DNA from: Macrostomum lignano
Lineage: Eukaryota
Direction of reading: 5' to 3'
Assembly: GCA_002269645.1 (NCBI GenBank)
Contig: NIVC01002131.1
Coordinates: 62,001 to 126,000 of the forward strand
Length of the DNA stretch: 64,000 bases
The position numbers and the translations under genes were made by a program. Below the pieces are notes generated by a model. The model ran no database searches and was not told the origin of the DNA. It saw only the letters and a list, made by a program, of their open reading frames with translations. Below are positions 32,861 to 45,665 of the stretch, piece after piece. The stretch's first letter is position 1; every line of letters starts with the position of its first letter.

Positions 32861-35800
32861 TCAATTCCGGCACATGGGCAGGCCGGACCACTTGAAGAAG
32901 GCCGGCACTGTCTTTGCGGGAATGTTCGACCCGATGGCCTTCAGCCGGAGGTTCCTGTCGCTGGTCAGCAGCACAATGTCCCTGTGCAGCCTGACGGGCT
33001 GGTCTGTGGGCACGAGTAGGTGGGCTAATACTATTTATATAAGCTTGCTGCATTCGTCTGGAGGCCCTTTATCTCCCAGCCTCATCAAAGCCTGTATCTC
33101 CTAGGCTCATCCAAGTCTTCATCTCCCAGCCTCATCCAAACATTTATCTTCCAGCCTCATCCAACTCTTTTATCTCCCAGCCTCATCCAACCCTCCATCT
33201 CCCAGCCTCATTCAAACCTTCATCTCTCAGCCTCATCCAACCCTCCATCTCCCAGCCTCATCCAACCCTCCATCTCCCAGCCTCATTCAAACCTTCATCT
33301 CTCAGCCTCATCCAACCCTCCATCTCCCAGCCTCATCCAACCCTTCATCTCCCAGCCGACTGGAACCCCAGGTCCGTGACACGTGACGGTCAGCCTTCAG
33401 CAGACGGGACGCACTCACCCTTATCCTTAGGCATAAAGGCGCTAGCCTTGTCCTGGCAGTGGTTCATGCAGCAGGACAGAATGAGGTCGTCGTTCTTAGC
33501 CGGCCGGCCGATCACCTCGGACCGGAAAGCGATGGTGTCCAACGTGCTGCCCTTGGCCGTGACCGCTTTGACCCGGCGCCTGGCTGCTCCGCCTGCCTTG
33601 GACTCGAATGCCTCCTCCAGCATGGCAACCGCGGCTCGAGCCTGGCTGGCAACGTAGCCAGCGTGCTCGCTCGAGTCGCCGTGCTTAGCCAGGTGATCCA
33701 ATTCGTTGAGCACTACAATTGGCAGAATCAGATTGTGCTTGCCCATGGCTAGTAGGCTGCGTATCTCGCCCAGGTAGTGAATGTAGCAATTGGTGTCCGG
33801 CAGCAGGTTGATCGGCACAATCTCCAGCTCCATGTAGCGCTGGCCGGACGACTCCAGGGCGGACTGAAGGCGGGGGGAGGCGGGGTTGATTTGAGGGGGT
33901 GACAAGTCACGTGACATCTACTGAGACTGGTCACGTGACGATTACTGAGACTGGTCACGTGACGGCTACTGAGACTGGTCACGTGACGGCTACTGAGACT
34001 GGTCACGTGACGATTACTGAGAGTCACGTGACGGCTACTGAGACTTGTCACGTGACGGCTATTAAGACTAGTCACGTGACGGCTACTGAGACTGGTCACG
34101 TGACGGCTATTAAGACTAGTCACGTGACGGCTACTGAGACTGGTCACGTGACGGCTACTGAGACTGTCACGTGACGGCTACTGAGACTGGCCACGTGACG
34201 ATTACTAACACAAATGATCACGTGACAGTGTCTAGCCAGATGGCAAATCACGTGACAGACAGTCCAATTACCTTATAAGCCCGCTGGCGCTCCTGCTGCT
34301 CGTCCAGGGCCCGTCGCAGTTCCTGCTTGCGCAGACGCAGCTCCCGAATGCCGTCAGCAGCCGCCGACGCGGCCAGCTCGTCGTCGGCCGAAGCGGCACC
34401 GGATTCATCCGGCTCATCCTGGATGCCGGCCTCCGCAAACTCCAGCGACGGCGGTTGCGGCTGCGGCTGTTGGCAATCTTCCATCCGCTCGGAGGCCAGC
34501 TTGTCGAGCTGCTGGCTGAAGTAGGCACCGCCGGCCTCCATGCTGTAGCCGAGCAGGGGCGGCTCCAGGCCGCACAGATAGTCGGCGAACACGGCGCAGG
34601 CGTCCAGCCTGATCGAGTCCTCCAGCAGGCGTTCGCGCACCGACCAGGCTTCGGGCGCGTCCGTCACCGCCGACAGCTCCGCCGGCGCCTGCTTGGCGAC
34701 GTAGAAAATCGGGGTCCGGTTGAGCATGGGGGTGAAGCCGTTGGCGAAGACGTCCTCCTGAAGGATCACGTGCAGCCGGCAGCTGCCCGGCGGCGAGATC
34801 GGCGGCTTCTTGGACTCCTCAAAGTCCAACAGCTGGCGGCGAACCTCCGGCCGGTTGGAGAATCGAGCGCAGTCGGTGAACAGGCTGGCCAGGTCCTCCC
34901 AGACGTCCAGCTGAGGCTGCAGGTGCGGGTCACGCTGCAAGGGTGGCGGGTTCCACGCCTCCGGGGACACCTCCATCCAGTCTAGCAGCAGCTTCAGCGA
35001 GGACAGGAGCGCCCGGGTGGGCTCCGGCAGGGGAAGGCAGCCGCCGTTCTTGACGTGTTCCTGCCGGTTGGGGGGAAGGGCGGCGGTGGGTAACGTATTT
35101 AACAACAGATGCGCGCATAGATGCCTACTCATAGTATCCTGATTGGGCTGCGATGCCAGTCCGATTCGATTCTAATTTGCTGAATTATTGGCTTAATTAG
35201 AATGTCCGCCAGGCATGCCGTGTGACGGGCTGTGTGACAGGGCGTGTGACAGGCTGTGTGATAGATTGCAGTAATCTGTGTGACAGGCTGTGTAATAGAT
35301 TGCAGTAATCTGTGTGACAGGCTGTGTGATAGATTGCAGTAATCCGTGTGACAGGCTGTGTGATAGATTGCAGTAATCTGTGTGACAGGCTGTGTGATAG
35401 ATTGGAGTAATCTGTGTGACAGGCTGTGTGATAGATTGGAGTAATCTGTGTGACAGGCTGTGTGATAGATTGGAGTAATCTGTGTGACAGGCTGTGTGAT
35501 AGATTGGAGTAATCTGTGTGAAGGCTGTGTGATAGATTGCAGTAATCTGTGTGAAGGCTGTGTGATAGATTGCAGTAATCTGTGTGACAGGCTGTGTAAT
35601 AGATTGGAGTAATCTGTGTGACAGGCTGTGTGACAGGCCGTGAACCCGGTGCAAACTCACAGCCAGCAGGTGCCGGCAGTGCCTAGCCAGCACGGCGGCA
35701 AAGTCCAGCGCCAGCCGAACGGCGCTCTCCAACTGCACAGATCTGTACTGGGCCGCTCCTGGCGGTCCCTGGCGGGCGGCCCAGCTGGCGGAGAACACGC

Positions 35801-38608
35801 AGCCGGCCGCCAGTTGAAGTAGCCGCTCAGCCGGCGGCTCGTGGCGCAGCCAGGCTGCCAGCTCAAGCAGAGTCTGCGAGCAGGCCTCCTGGAAGCTCTC
35901 CATGCCGATGCGGGTGAACAGCTTGCCGTGGCAGTGCAGGTAGCTGGCCGTGAATGCCGTGTTGATCTCAATGAAGGACAGCTGGTCCAGGTCCTCCTCT
36001 TGTTCGACGTCCTCTTCGTCAGAGTTGAGCAGGCCGGAGCTGAGCTGGCGGCCGGCGCCGGACACCGGCACCCAGACTTCGACGCGGCAGCGCCGGTTCG
36101 GCTGTTGAAGCGCCCGGAGGCCGCCGCTGCTGAGCGACGGCCCGGAAGAGCCGGCGTTCTTCGCCCGCTGACGCTTGCTGCGCTCCGCTTCTCTCTGCCG
36201 CCAGGCCGCCTCGGCGCGGCGTCTGGCCTCTTCAAATAGCTGGGCCAGGTACTGGCGGGACAGGTCCACCGGGTGGCTGGCGGCCAGCGACCGCATGTAG
36301 TAGTACACCGCGTCTAGCCGGCGCTTCTGCCGGGGCGGCGGCGGGGGGTTCTTCAGGTGGGGCGGTGCTTCAGGTGGGGCGGTGCTTCAGGTGGGGCGGT
36401 TCTTCAGGTGGGGCGGTGCTTCAGGTGGGGCGGTGCTTCAGGTGGGGCGGTGCTTCAGGTGGGGCGGTTCTTCAGGTGGGGCGGTGCTTCAGGTGGGGCG
36501 GTTCTTCAGGTGGGGCGGTTCTTCAGGTAGGGGCGGTTCTTCAGGTGGGGCGGTTCTTCAGGTGGGGCGGTTCTTCAGGTGGGGCGGTTCTTCAGGTGGG
36601 GCGGTGCTTCAGGTGGGGCGGTTCTTCAGGTGGGGCGGTTCTTCAGGTGGGGTGGTGCTTCAGGTGGAGCGGTTCTTCAGGTGGGGCGGTTCTTCGGGTA
36701 GGGGAGGGAGTTCTTTAGGTAGGGCGGTGCTTCAGATGAGGCGGTGCTTCAGTTGGGGCGGTTCTTCAGGTGGGGCGGTTCTTCAGGTGGGGCGGTTCTT
36801 TAGGTGGGGCAGTTCTTCAGGTGGAGCGGTTCTTCAGGTGGGGCGGCTCTTCAGGTAGGGGTGGTTCTTCAGGTGGGCGATTCTTCAGGTAGGGGAGGGA
36901 GTTCTTCAGGTAGGGCGGTGCTTCAGGTGGGGCGATTTTTCAGGTGAGGTGATAGTTCAGGCATGAAAATTCTTAAGATGAAAACTTAATTCCTCTCAGG
37001 GACAGGGCAGTTCCGCTACTCTTTCAAGCGAAGCGATTATTGATTAGCGGATGAAAATTCTTAACATAAAGAAGATTCAAAGTCGGATTGATTGATCTCA
37101 TGGAAAGTCATCTAATTGGAACTCAAAAAGAGTCAATGAATTAAAGAAAACTCACTGTTGCATTAGCCAGCACAGCCAGCTGATGGTAGGTCCGACCATT
37201 CTTGGGCTCCAGCGCCACAGCCTTCAAGTACCAGCTGGGTAAGTTGAAGAGGGTTGAAGAGGGAAGAGAAATAATCATTTCTAGAATCAATTCTTAGTAT
37301 ATGGGATTAGTATATGGGATTACCTTGAATCATTCACCTGAGTGTTGCCAAGGGACACTCACAAAATTGGCTTAGAAACATTTCTAAGATTTTTTAATAC
37401 TTTTTAAAAACATTCCTACGATAATAAATATTTTGTAGAAACATTTCCATACCATATTTCTTAGAAACATTTCCATTCGATATTTCTTAGAAACATTTCC
37501 ATTCGATATTTCTTAGAAACATTTCCATGCCATATTTCTTAGAAACATTTCCATTCGATATTTCTTAGAAACATTTCCAGACGATATTTCTTAGAAACAT
37601 TTCCAGACGATATTTCTTAGAAACATTTCCATACCATATTTCTTAGAAACATTTCCATACGATATTTCTTAGAAACATTTCCATACGATATTTCTTAGAA
37701 ACATTTCCATACGATATTTCTTAGAAACATTTCCAGACGATATTTCTTAGAAACATTCTCATGATAACAATTCATTGCTTAGAAACACTCGTACGATAAT
37801 TCATTCTAAGAATCTTTTACACTAACACTCAAAAAACTGAAAAAGAAATCTTAGAAAAATGAACTCAACGATTTTACTTTCAAACTAAAATACATCTATT
37901 TCGTAGAATAATTCACAGGAGCACCCAGCTCACCTTCTAGCTTCGCTATAGTCGGCGCCACCGGAGAAGACCTCTCTGTAGCGGAGCAAATCACCAATGT
38001 TGAGGTAGAGCCGCTGGATGAGCAGCAGGCCGAGCCGCTGCCAGCGGGTGCACCTCACCGCAGGCGGCAGGAAGCCGATGCGGAGCGGCAGCTCAACCGG
38101 CAGTTCGTGCTCGGCGGCCAACTGGTCAGCAAGTTGTTGCAGAAATTGCCAGCCAGACTCGATCATGTCCAGCGCCAGTTCCCGGCCACGCTCGGCCAGT
38201 CGCTCCGGCTGATCCGGCCCGGACATCTGGCGTAGCTGTTCAACAATTGCGTGAAACCCTGAGCGCCACATTCTCTGGTCTAGGGCCGGCTGCGGGCCTG
38301 AGTTCGATTCCTGCCAGCCGGCACCTGCCCGCAGGGCGTCGGCGCACCTGTGCAGCAGGTCGAGCCGGGGGCGTTGGACCAGGCCCCACCACACCTGCGG
38401 GTCCATGCTGGGAGCCCACTGCTGGACCAGCCTATCCAGCTCGGAGTCCAGCTGGCAAACCTGCTCAATGTGCTCGGCTGCGGCTTGGGACTCCTCTGAC
38501 TGCATGGCCGGCTGCGGCTGCGCGTGATGCGACTGTGGCCGCACTACCACTATGGGGACCTGGGCGTGTGCGGAAGGGGTGGCCGATAGCAATGACAGAC
38601 AGACAGAC

Positions 38609-38653
<45 letters not shown>

Positions 38654-41600
38654 CGAAAAGAACTTTAGTCAGCATAATTAGTATAGGAAAATATGACACA
38701 ACCCGATTTCCTTATGGTGAAATACATAGCAAGTACAGGCCCAGAAAAATGGCAAAGTCTGAAATTCCATGTGCACGCAGACTTAGTTTTACGAAATGAA
38801 TAGTGGCTTAATTAGACACACCACTTCAGACATATAAACCTGATATTTGCGTATAACTTTACGCATTCAAATTAACTTCTTTTAAAGCAGTATTATATTT
38901 CAATTCGATACAAACACGATTTTTACACAAGTTAATAAAATTAGCCAGTTTACAAATATTTTGGCAGCTCTTTTAAAACAAAATTGCGTAATTTAACATC
39001 CAAGCATTGAAATGTCCAAGTATCCAAGTATCGAATCCGATCCGGTCCAATCCGATTAACAAGACAAGGGTGCAAACTAGTCTCCGGTGTGTCCGATCCG
39101 GTCCAATCCGATTAACAAGACAAGGGTGCAAACTAGTCTCCGGTGTGTCCGATCCGGTCCAATCCGATTAACAAGACAAGGGTGCAAACTAGTCTCCGGT
39201 GTGTCCGATCCGGTCCAATCCGATTAACAAGACAAGGGTGCAAACTAGTCTCCGGTGTGTCCGATCCGGTCCAATCCGATTAACAAGACAAGGGTGCAAA
39301 CTAGTCTCCGGTGTGTCCGATCCGGTCCAATCCGATTAACAAGACAAGGGTGCAAACTAGTCTCCGGTGTCCGATCCGGTCCAATCCGATTAACAAGACA
39401 AGGGTGCAAACTAGTCTCCGGTGTGTCCGATCCGGTCCAATCCGATTAACAAGACAAGGGTGCAAACTAGTCTCCGGTGTGTCCGATCCGGTCCAATCCG
39501 ATTAACAAGACAAGGGTGCAAACTAGTATCCGGTGTGTCCGATCCGGTCCAATCCGATTAACAAGACAAGGGTGCAAACTAGTCTCCGGTGTGTCCGATC
39601 CGGTCCAATCCGATTAACAAGACAAGGGTGCAAACTAGTCTCCGGTGTCCGATCCGGTCCAATCCGATTAACAAGACAAGGGTGCAAACTAGTCTCCGGT
39701 GTGTCCGATCCGGTCCAATCCGATTAACAAGACAAGGGTGCAAACTAGTCTCCGGTGTGTCCGATCCGGTCCAATCTGATTAACAAGACAAGGGTGCAAA
39801 CTAGTCTCCGGTGTGTCCGATCCGGTCCAATCCGATTAACAAGACAAGGGTGCAAACTAGTCTCCGGTGTGTCCGATCCGGTCCAATCCGATTAACAAGA
39901 CAAGGGTGCAAACTAGTCTCCGGTGTGTCCGATCCGGTCCAATCCGATTAACAAGACAAGGGTGCAAACTAGTCTCCGGTGTGTCCGATCCGGTCCAATC
40001 CGATTAACAAGACAAGGGTGCAAACTAGTCTCCGGTGTGTCCGATCCGGTCCAATCCGATTAACAAGACAAGGGTGCAAACTAGTCTCCGGTGTGTCCGA
40101 TCCGGTCCAATCCGATTAACAAGACAAGGGTGCAAACTAGTCTCCGGTGTTTCCGATCCGGTCCAATCCGATTAACAAGACAAGGGTGCAAGCAGTTTTA
40201 TTTACTTGATTTTATTTTAGAGTTCTAAACCAGCGACAACTTGTGTTTTCGCGCATGCAGTGCATTCGTTCTCGAAAGCAGAAAGTATTTTTGATGAGCT
40301 TTTGTATGAGCTTTTTTTATAATAAGCGTTCCTGGACAACTCCAACAGATTCGTTGCCTTTTTACATTGGCGTTTGGATGATTAACAATACTATGCAAAA
40401 AATGCTCTCTCTCTCTTGTATAAAGCAACCTATTTACTTATTTTTTATGGTGTGTAATGCTAGTAGGATGATTTTTCTTGTCGATTTCATTCATACATTT
40501 GGTGTACATTCATTTAAATTGTATGTAATTTTAGTACCTTTTTGTGTTCAATTTTTGAGAGTGTAAGTTTTATAGCTATATTGGTATTCTTTCTCAAAAT
40601 GCAAAAAAACTTGTGTTTGTAGACGTAGATGATGTAGTTGCTGACGTTCATGTTCTAGGAAAAACTTTTGCTTTTTTAAATCACTTTCAGCTACAAGAAT
40701 TGGTGACATGGATCAAGTGCAACATCTACCGATTAGTCAGAGACAGAGCAGTCTACGACATTTGATCGAAAACTTTGATCGAGCTTGTGCTTGGTTTGGG
40801 GATGATTCCAATCCGTCAAACTGTCGGATCAACTGGGTATGATTTGTCTTCGGCTACAGAGGGCATCATACCAGCCTACGAATCCCGCTGGTATTCGAAC
40901 GGGCATCTTAAAGTTCGAATACCAGCGGGTACATACGGGAGGATAGCAGGCCGATCTAGCCTAGCTCTACGCGGCATCTTTATCGGTGGAGGTGTTTTTG
41001 ATCCGGACTATACTGGCAAGATATGCATAGTTTTGTTCAATTACAATTCCGAAGATTTTCCTACTATGCCGATCTTCGGATTGCGTAGTTGATCTTGGCG
41101 CAAGTGTATGTGATGGAGGACGCTTTTGAAGTCACACATGGCCACCTTCTTACCATGTGAATATTATTCGTTAACCTTCATTGTGGCACAATGGTATGCA
41201 GACTCAGACTTTATAGCAAGCGATTGTTGTGGTACATGCTCGAGGACGTAGTAACATGCGGTAGTAAAAACCGGATTCGTGTCCGAGCATCTCTGAGAGC
41301 TCCGAACATTTTCGGATCTTGTATTTATAGCAAGCATTGCATGTTGTTTGTGTCAGTAAAACATTTTAATTGTTGCTTGTTGATTAAGGCATAGTTGAAA
41401 ATTTTATAATTCTTCAGGTCAGGTTAATTAAGTCTCATTTAACGCTTATGGTTGATATTTTACACAGCTAAATCACTGTTGAGGCAATGAAAAATCAGTT
41501 ATTACTAGATCGATGAGAGTTGGAGATATGTTCCCTATGGTGGAACATTTTCCGCACATCCAACAAACGCACTTTCTGTAATTCGATGTTATAACTGATT

Positions 41601-42989
41601 AACTTTCGTGCTCAACATCCTCAACTACATTGTGCTTAGGATTTGTGAGGGCATTGTGGGGTTGTAGCCTAGTGGTTAGAGAATCGGACTCACGACCGAA
41701 AGGTCGGGGGTTCGAATCCTGATCCCACTAGGTACTTAAGAATGGACAAATTATATTTTCTTTAAAGAAGGTGATAATGATCAAAATGTTTTTAAGCAAA
41801 TTTAACTTGAATAGATGTACTATTTTCCTATAGTACAAGCATTAACTCACCTGGCGCCCATCTTTGGGCCCTCGGTGCATGGCGTCGCGCCGCAGAGTCT
41901 CGGGCAAACGAATGAGACCGCCAGTGTGCGGCTGCTGCTGCTGCTGTTGAAGCTGACCACCGGCACCGGATTCCGCATCCGGCTGTTGATGAAGATGCTG
42001 CGGGCCCATCGGGTCCTGGCCTGGATTCAACACAGACTGCGGCGGCTGCTGCTGCTGCTGAGGCATGCGAGGCGACGGCAGGGCAACCACGGGATCCTTG
42101 GCCGGGTCGTACAGACGAGCGTCCGGTCGGAGCACCTCACCCCGGTCGAACTCGGCCTCGGAGAAGCTGTCCGAGAAGCCGCCGCGACCGCCGCCGCCGC
42201 GCGAGGACTCGGAGCAGCGCTTCTCCCGCCTGCCTGAACCGCCGCCGGCGCCTCCGCCCCTGGGCCGGTAATTGTAACTGGGCTGCGGCTGCGGCAGCGG
42301 AGGCGGAGGCGGAGGCGGCGGCTGATGAGGCAGTGGCGGATGCTGGTCAGCCTCCTGCGGTTCCCACATCTCGTCGTCGGCAAAAAATTCGACAACCGCA
42401 TCGGCATCGCCAACTGTTTGAAACTGCTTCTTCTGATGCGGCTGTTGCTGTTGCTGCTTTTGCAGCTTATTTCCGCTGCGCCGGTTTCTTCTCCGACCTC
42501 CGCCCCCGCTTCCGCCCCTGCCTCCGCCCCGCCTTCGCCAGCAGTATTGCCAGCCTGAAGCTGCGGATCTTGCGGCGATGGCTGCTTTTTTACTGCCTGT
42601 TGCTGCTGCTGCTGCTTCGGTTGTTGCTGCGCTTGAGGATTGGGCTGTTTCTGCTGCTTTTTCTGTTGCGGCGGTTGTTGCTGTTGCTGCTGCTGCTGCT
42701 GAGACTGGCCAGCGCTGTGCCCGCCCTTGCGACGGCTTTTGTTATAAAAAGTGCGCCCGCCACCAGCTGACAGCGCGGCAGCCTTGCCGACAGCGTCCGC
42801 GTCTGCCGCACTTGCGGCGGCGCCTTCCGTCCTGCCACTGCCTCCTCCGCCGCCTCCTCTGCCTCCACCGCCGCCGCCGCCGCCGCCGCCGCCGCTGCCG
42901 CTACCAACACGGTCGCTGCGACTGATTGGCGGCGGTCGATAGATCTGCTGATCTGGATGTCGCTGCTGCCTGCTGCCAGTGCCTTCCAT
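32861..42989 (-). CDS. SMG6: SMG6/EST1A NMD endonuclease, 7 exons (42989-41851, 38559-37934, 37234-37156, 36326-35661, 35060-34272, 33863-33419, 33003-32861), ~1295 aa; one apparent 1-nt deletion near 42468
   Basis: EBM-like RHPDQQIYRP; EST1/14-3-3-like IGDLLRYRE, WYLKAVALEPKNGRTYHQLAVLA, RRLDAVYYYMRSLAAS; PIN domain LLPDTN, VVLNELD, NDDLILSCC, VLLTSDRNLRLKA. Phases close after adding 1 nt to exon 1. Confidence 0.95.
33070..33355. repeat. ~25-bp minisatellite (CCATCTCCCAGCCTCATCCAACCCT)n in SMG6 intron 6
   Basis: Tandem degenerate units. Confidence 0.9.
33904..34258. repeat. 24-bp minisatellite (GTCACGTGACGGCTACTGAGACTG)n in SMG6 intron 5
   Basis: About 15 units, each with a palindromic CACGTG core. 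Confidence 0.93.
35220..35640. repeat. 34-bp minisatellite (GTGTGACAGGCTGTGTGATAGATTGCAGTAATCT)n in SMG6 intron 4
   Basis: About 11-12 units. Confidence 0.93.
36352..36955. repeat. 17-bp G-rich minisatellite (CAGGTGGGGCGGTTCTT)n in SMG6 intron 3
   Basis: Tandem units decaying toward 36955. Confidence 0.93.
37430..37760. repeat. 26-bp AT-rich minisatellite (TTTCTTAGAAACATTTCCATACGATA)n in SMG6 intron 2
   Basis: About 12 units. Confidence 0.93.
39040..40190. repeat. 56-bp highly homogeneous tandem array (GATCCGGTCCAATCCGATTAACAAGACAAGGGTGCAAACTAGTCTCCGGTGTGTCC)n in SMG6 intron 1
   Basis: About 20 units, almost all identical; two 54-bp variants. Confidence 0.97.
40801..41140 (+). pseudogene. 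dUTPase pseudogene in an AT-rich island, antisense within SMG6 intron 1
   Basis: Motifs TGYDL (I), GRIAGRSSLA (II), GGVFDPDYTG (III). After a frameshift, RIA*LIL (IV, Gln codon to TAG). Motif V not seen. Confidence 0.85.
41656..41729 (+). pseudogene. tRNA pseudogene or tRNA-derived SINE head (Val-CAC-like)
   Basis: 7-bp acceptor stem GTGGGGT/ATCCCAC, A box TAGCCTAGTGG, B box GGTTCGAATCC, CTCACGA loop; anticodon, D and T stems imperfect. Confidence 0.65.
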
Positions 42990-43061
42990 TGACACTCTTG
43001 GTGGCTGACTGGAAGGGCGGATCAGCTTAATTAATGCAAACAGACTGCGCGTTTATCAAAA

Positions 43062-43490
43062 CCACTGATTCCATGGTCTATCCCACTGATTCCACAGTCT
43101 ATCCCACTGATTCCACAGTCTATCCCACTGATTCCATGGTCTATCCCACTGATTCCACAGTCTATCCCACTGATTCCACAGTCTATCCCACTGATTCCAT
43201 GGTCTATCCCACTGATTCCACAGTCTATCCCACTGATTCCACAGTCTATCCCACTGATTCCACAGTCTATCCCACTGATTCCATGGTCTATCCCACTGAT
43301 TGCATGGTCTATCCCACTGATTCCACAGTCTATCCCACTGATTCCATGGTCTATCCCACTGATTGCATGGTCTATCCCACTGATTCCACAGTCTATCCCA
43401 CTGATTCCACAGTCTATCCCACTGATTCCACAGTCTATCCCACTGATTCCACAGTCTATCCCACTGATTCCACAGTCTATCCCACTGATT
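43062..43490. repeat. 21-bp minisatellite (CCCACTGATTCCACAGTCTAT)n just upstream of the SMG6 start
   Basis: About 20 units; YPTDSTV ORF. Confidence 0.95.
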
Positions 43491-44129
43491 TCGACAACCT
43501 ACAAGCGGCGAATAAAGAAAGATTTAAGAGAAGTCGCTAGGTACACACTATAAACGCGACAATCAACCGACAAACAAATAATCGCGAAGCTCCAAAACTG
43601 AACTGGTATTGAATAATTGTGTTCCAAAATTAACTCTTTAAAAAAACGCAGGTCTGTTAACAAAAAAGCTCTTTAAAAACACAGTTTAGGGGGATAAAGT
43701 ATAAGCCAGGGGCTTGCAGCTGAGCTTCACACATATATTACAGACAACAGACACTCTCTAGTACATACAAGGACAGAATACCGAAATTGCAATAGGAAAA
43801 ATTGCACTTACACAGAACGCCACCGCCGACTATACATCGAACGCGATTTGAGTTTTTTTGTAATTTATTCTGAAGCAACAACGTAGAAAAAGAGAAAAAG
43901 ACAAAAAACTGCCGACAAAGAATGAACAAAGAGCTGATAAAAGTGGAGCGCTGCACTGACACGGGCTGTGCGGTGGGCGCGAGGCAAGGACTAGACAGGG
44001 GGGCCGCAAATCGGGCTGGGATCACAGAGTACCGATACAAAACTCTCGTGAGATTGCCATTTGCTGCTAACAGCTGTGTACAAGTGTTCAGAGAGCGACT
44101 ACAAAACTGATGCGAAACAAACGGGTCCA

Positions 44130-44182
44130 CAGTCTGACACAGACAGACAGACACACACACAGACAGACACACAGACAGACAC

Positions 44183-44225
<43 letters not shown>

Positions 44226-44226
44226 C

Positions 44227-44257
<31 letters not shown>

Positions 44258-44258
44258 C

Positions 44259-44305
<47 letters not shown>

Positions 44306-44502
44306 CACAGACAGACAGACACACACACAGACAGACAGACAGACAGACACACAGACAGACAGACACACAGACAGACACACAGACAGACAGACACACAGAC
44401 AGACAGACAGACAGACAGACACACAGACAGACACACAGACAGACAGACAGACACACAGACAGACAGACAGACAGACGGACAGACAGACAGACACACACAC
44501 AC

Positions 44503-44533
<31 letters not shown>

Positions 44534-44650
44534 CATAGACAGACAGACACATAGACAGACAGACACACAGACAGACAGACACACAGACAGACAGACACAC
44601 ACACAGACAGACAGACAGACAGACAGACACACAGACAGACAGACAGACAC

Positions 44651-44701
<51 letters not shown>

Positions 44702-44770
44702 CACAGACAGACAGACAGACACACAGACAGACAGACAGACAGACGGACAGACAGACAGACACACACACAC

Positions 44771-44801
<31 letters not shown>

Positions 44802-44918
44802 CATAGACAGACAGACACATAGACAGACAGACACACAGACAGACAGACACACAGACAGACAGACACACACACAGACAGACAGACAGACAGACAGACACAC
44901 AGACAGACAGACAGACAC

Positions 44919-44965
<47 letters not shown>

Positions 44966-45000
44966 CACAGACAGACAGACAGACACACAGACAGACAGAA
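44130..45000. repeat. Compound (CAGA)/(CA) microsatellite downstream of NF1
   Basis: Mixed ACAG and AC units over ~870 bp. Confidence 0.97.
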
Positions 45001-45665
45001 AAACACAGGCAGTATAGCTGCTTGATGAAGCCAGTTCAGTGACAGAAACGCAGCATTGCACTCAGGGCCACAAGGTGAATGCAGCAAAGAAATTGAGGCA
45101 ACAGTCAATTAGGAAAAATCAATAACAAACAAAACAATAAAAAATGCAGAAAACTTTTCTGGGTTAAAGCAAACAACAAAACGGCAAAAAAACATGTCAC
45201 AGTCAATGAAATGAGGGCAAAAAATTGTGCGAATAAAAATGATAAACTTGACGATTTTAATACCTCATTATCAACAGCAGATTAATATCTAGATAATCGA
45301 CAGAAGCTCAATAAATAAAAATAGGTTAAAAACGAAAAGCCGCATTTCAGACACAACACTGGCATTGGCGCAGGCAAGAAACACAACAAAATAATTTGAA
45401 ACACTGGGGTGAAACACACAATTAATTGGCGCTGCGCATTCAAGCTACTTAAAGTAGTGTGCAGATTAGCACGATTTTGACGCTGTCAGTATAGCAAAAA
45501 TATCGAAAAACGCTAATCAGACTACTGAGATGAAATTTTCGCTCTCGATATTAAAAAAAGCCAATCGAACTATTCTACTTAGGCAGTAGCTTGAGTGCTT
45601 TTTATTATTATAATTGTTTTTTTTACCAATAAATTGTGCGCAAATTTCTCCAAAAAAACAAAATT

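Noticed and set aside
31790-40190. 51-bp and 56-bp arrays as CRISPR-like
   Set aside because: Units are contiguous with no unique spacers, the context is eukaryotic, and no cas genes are present.
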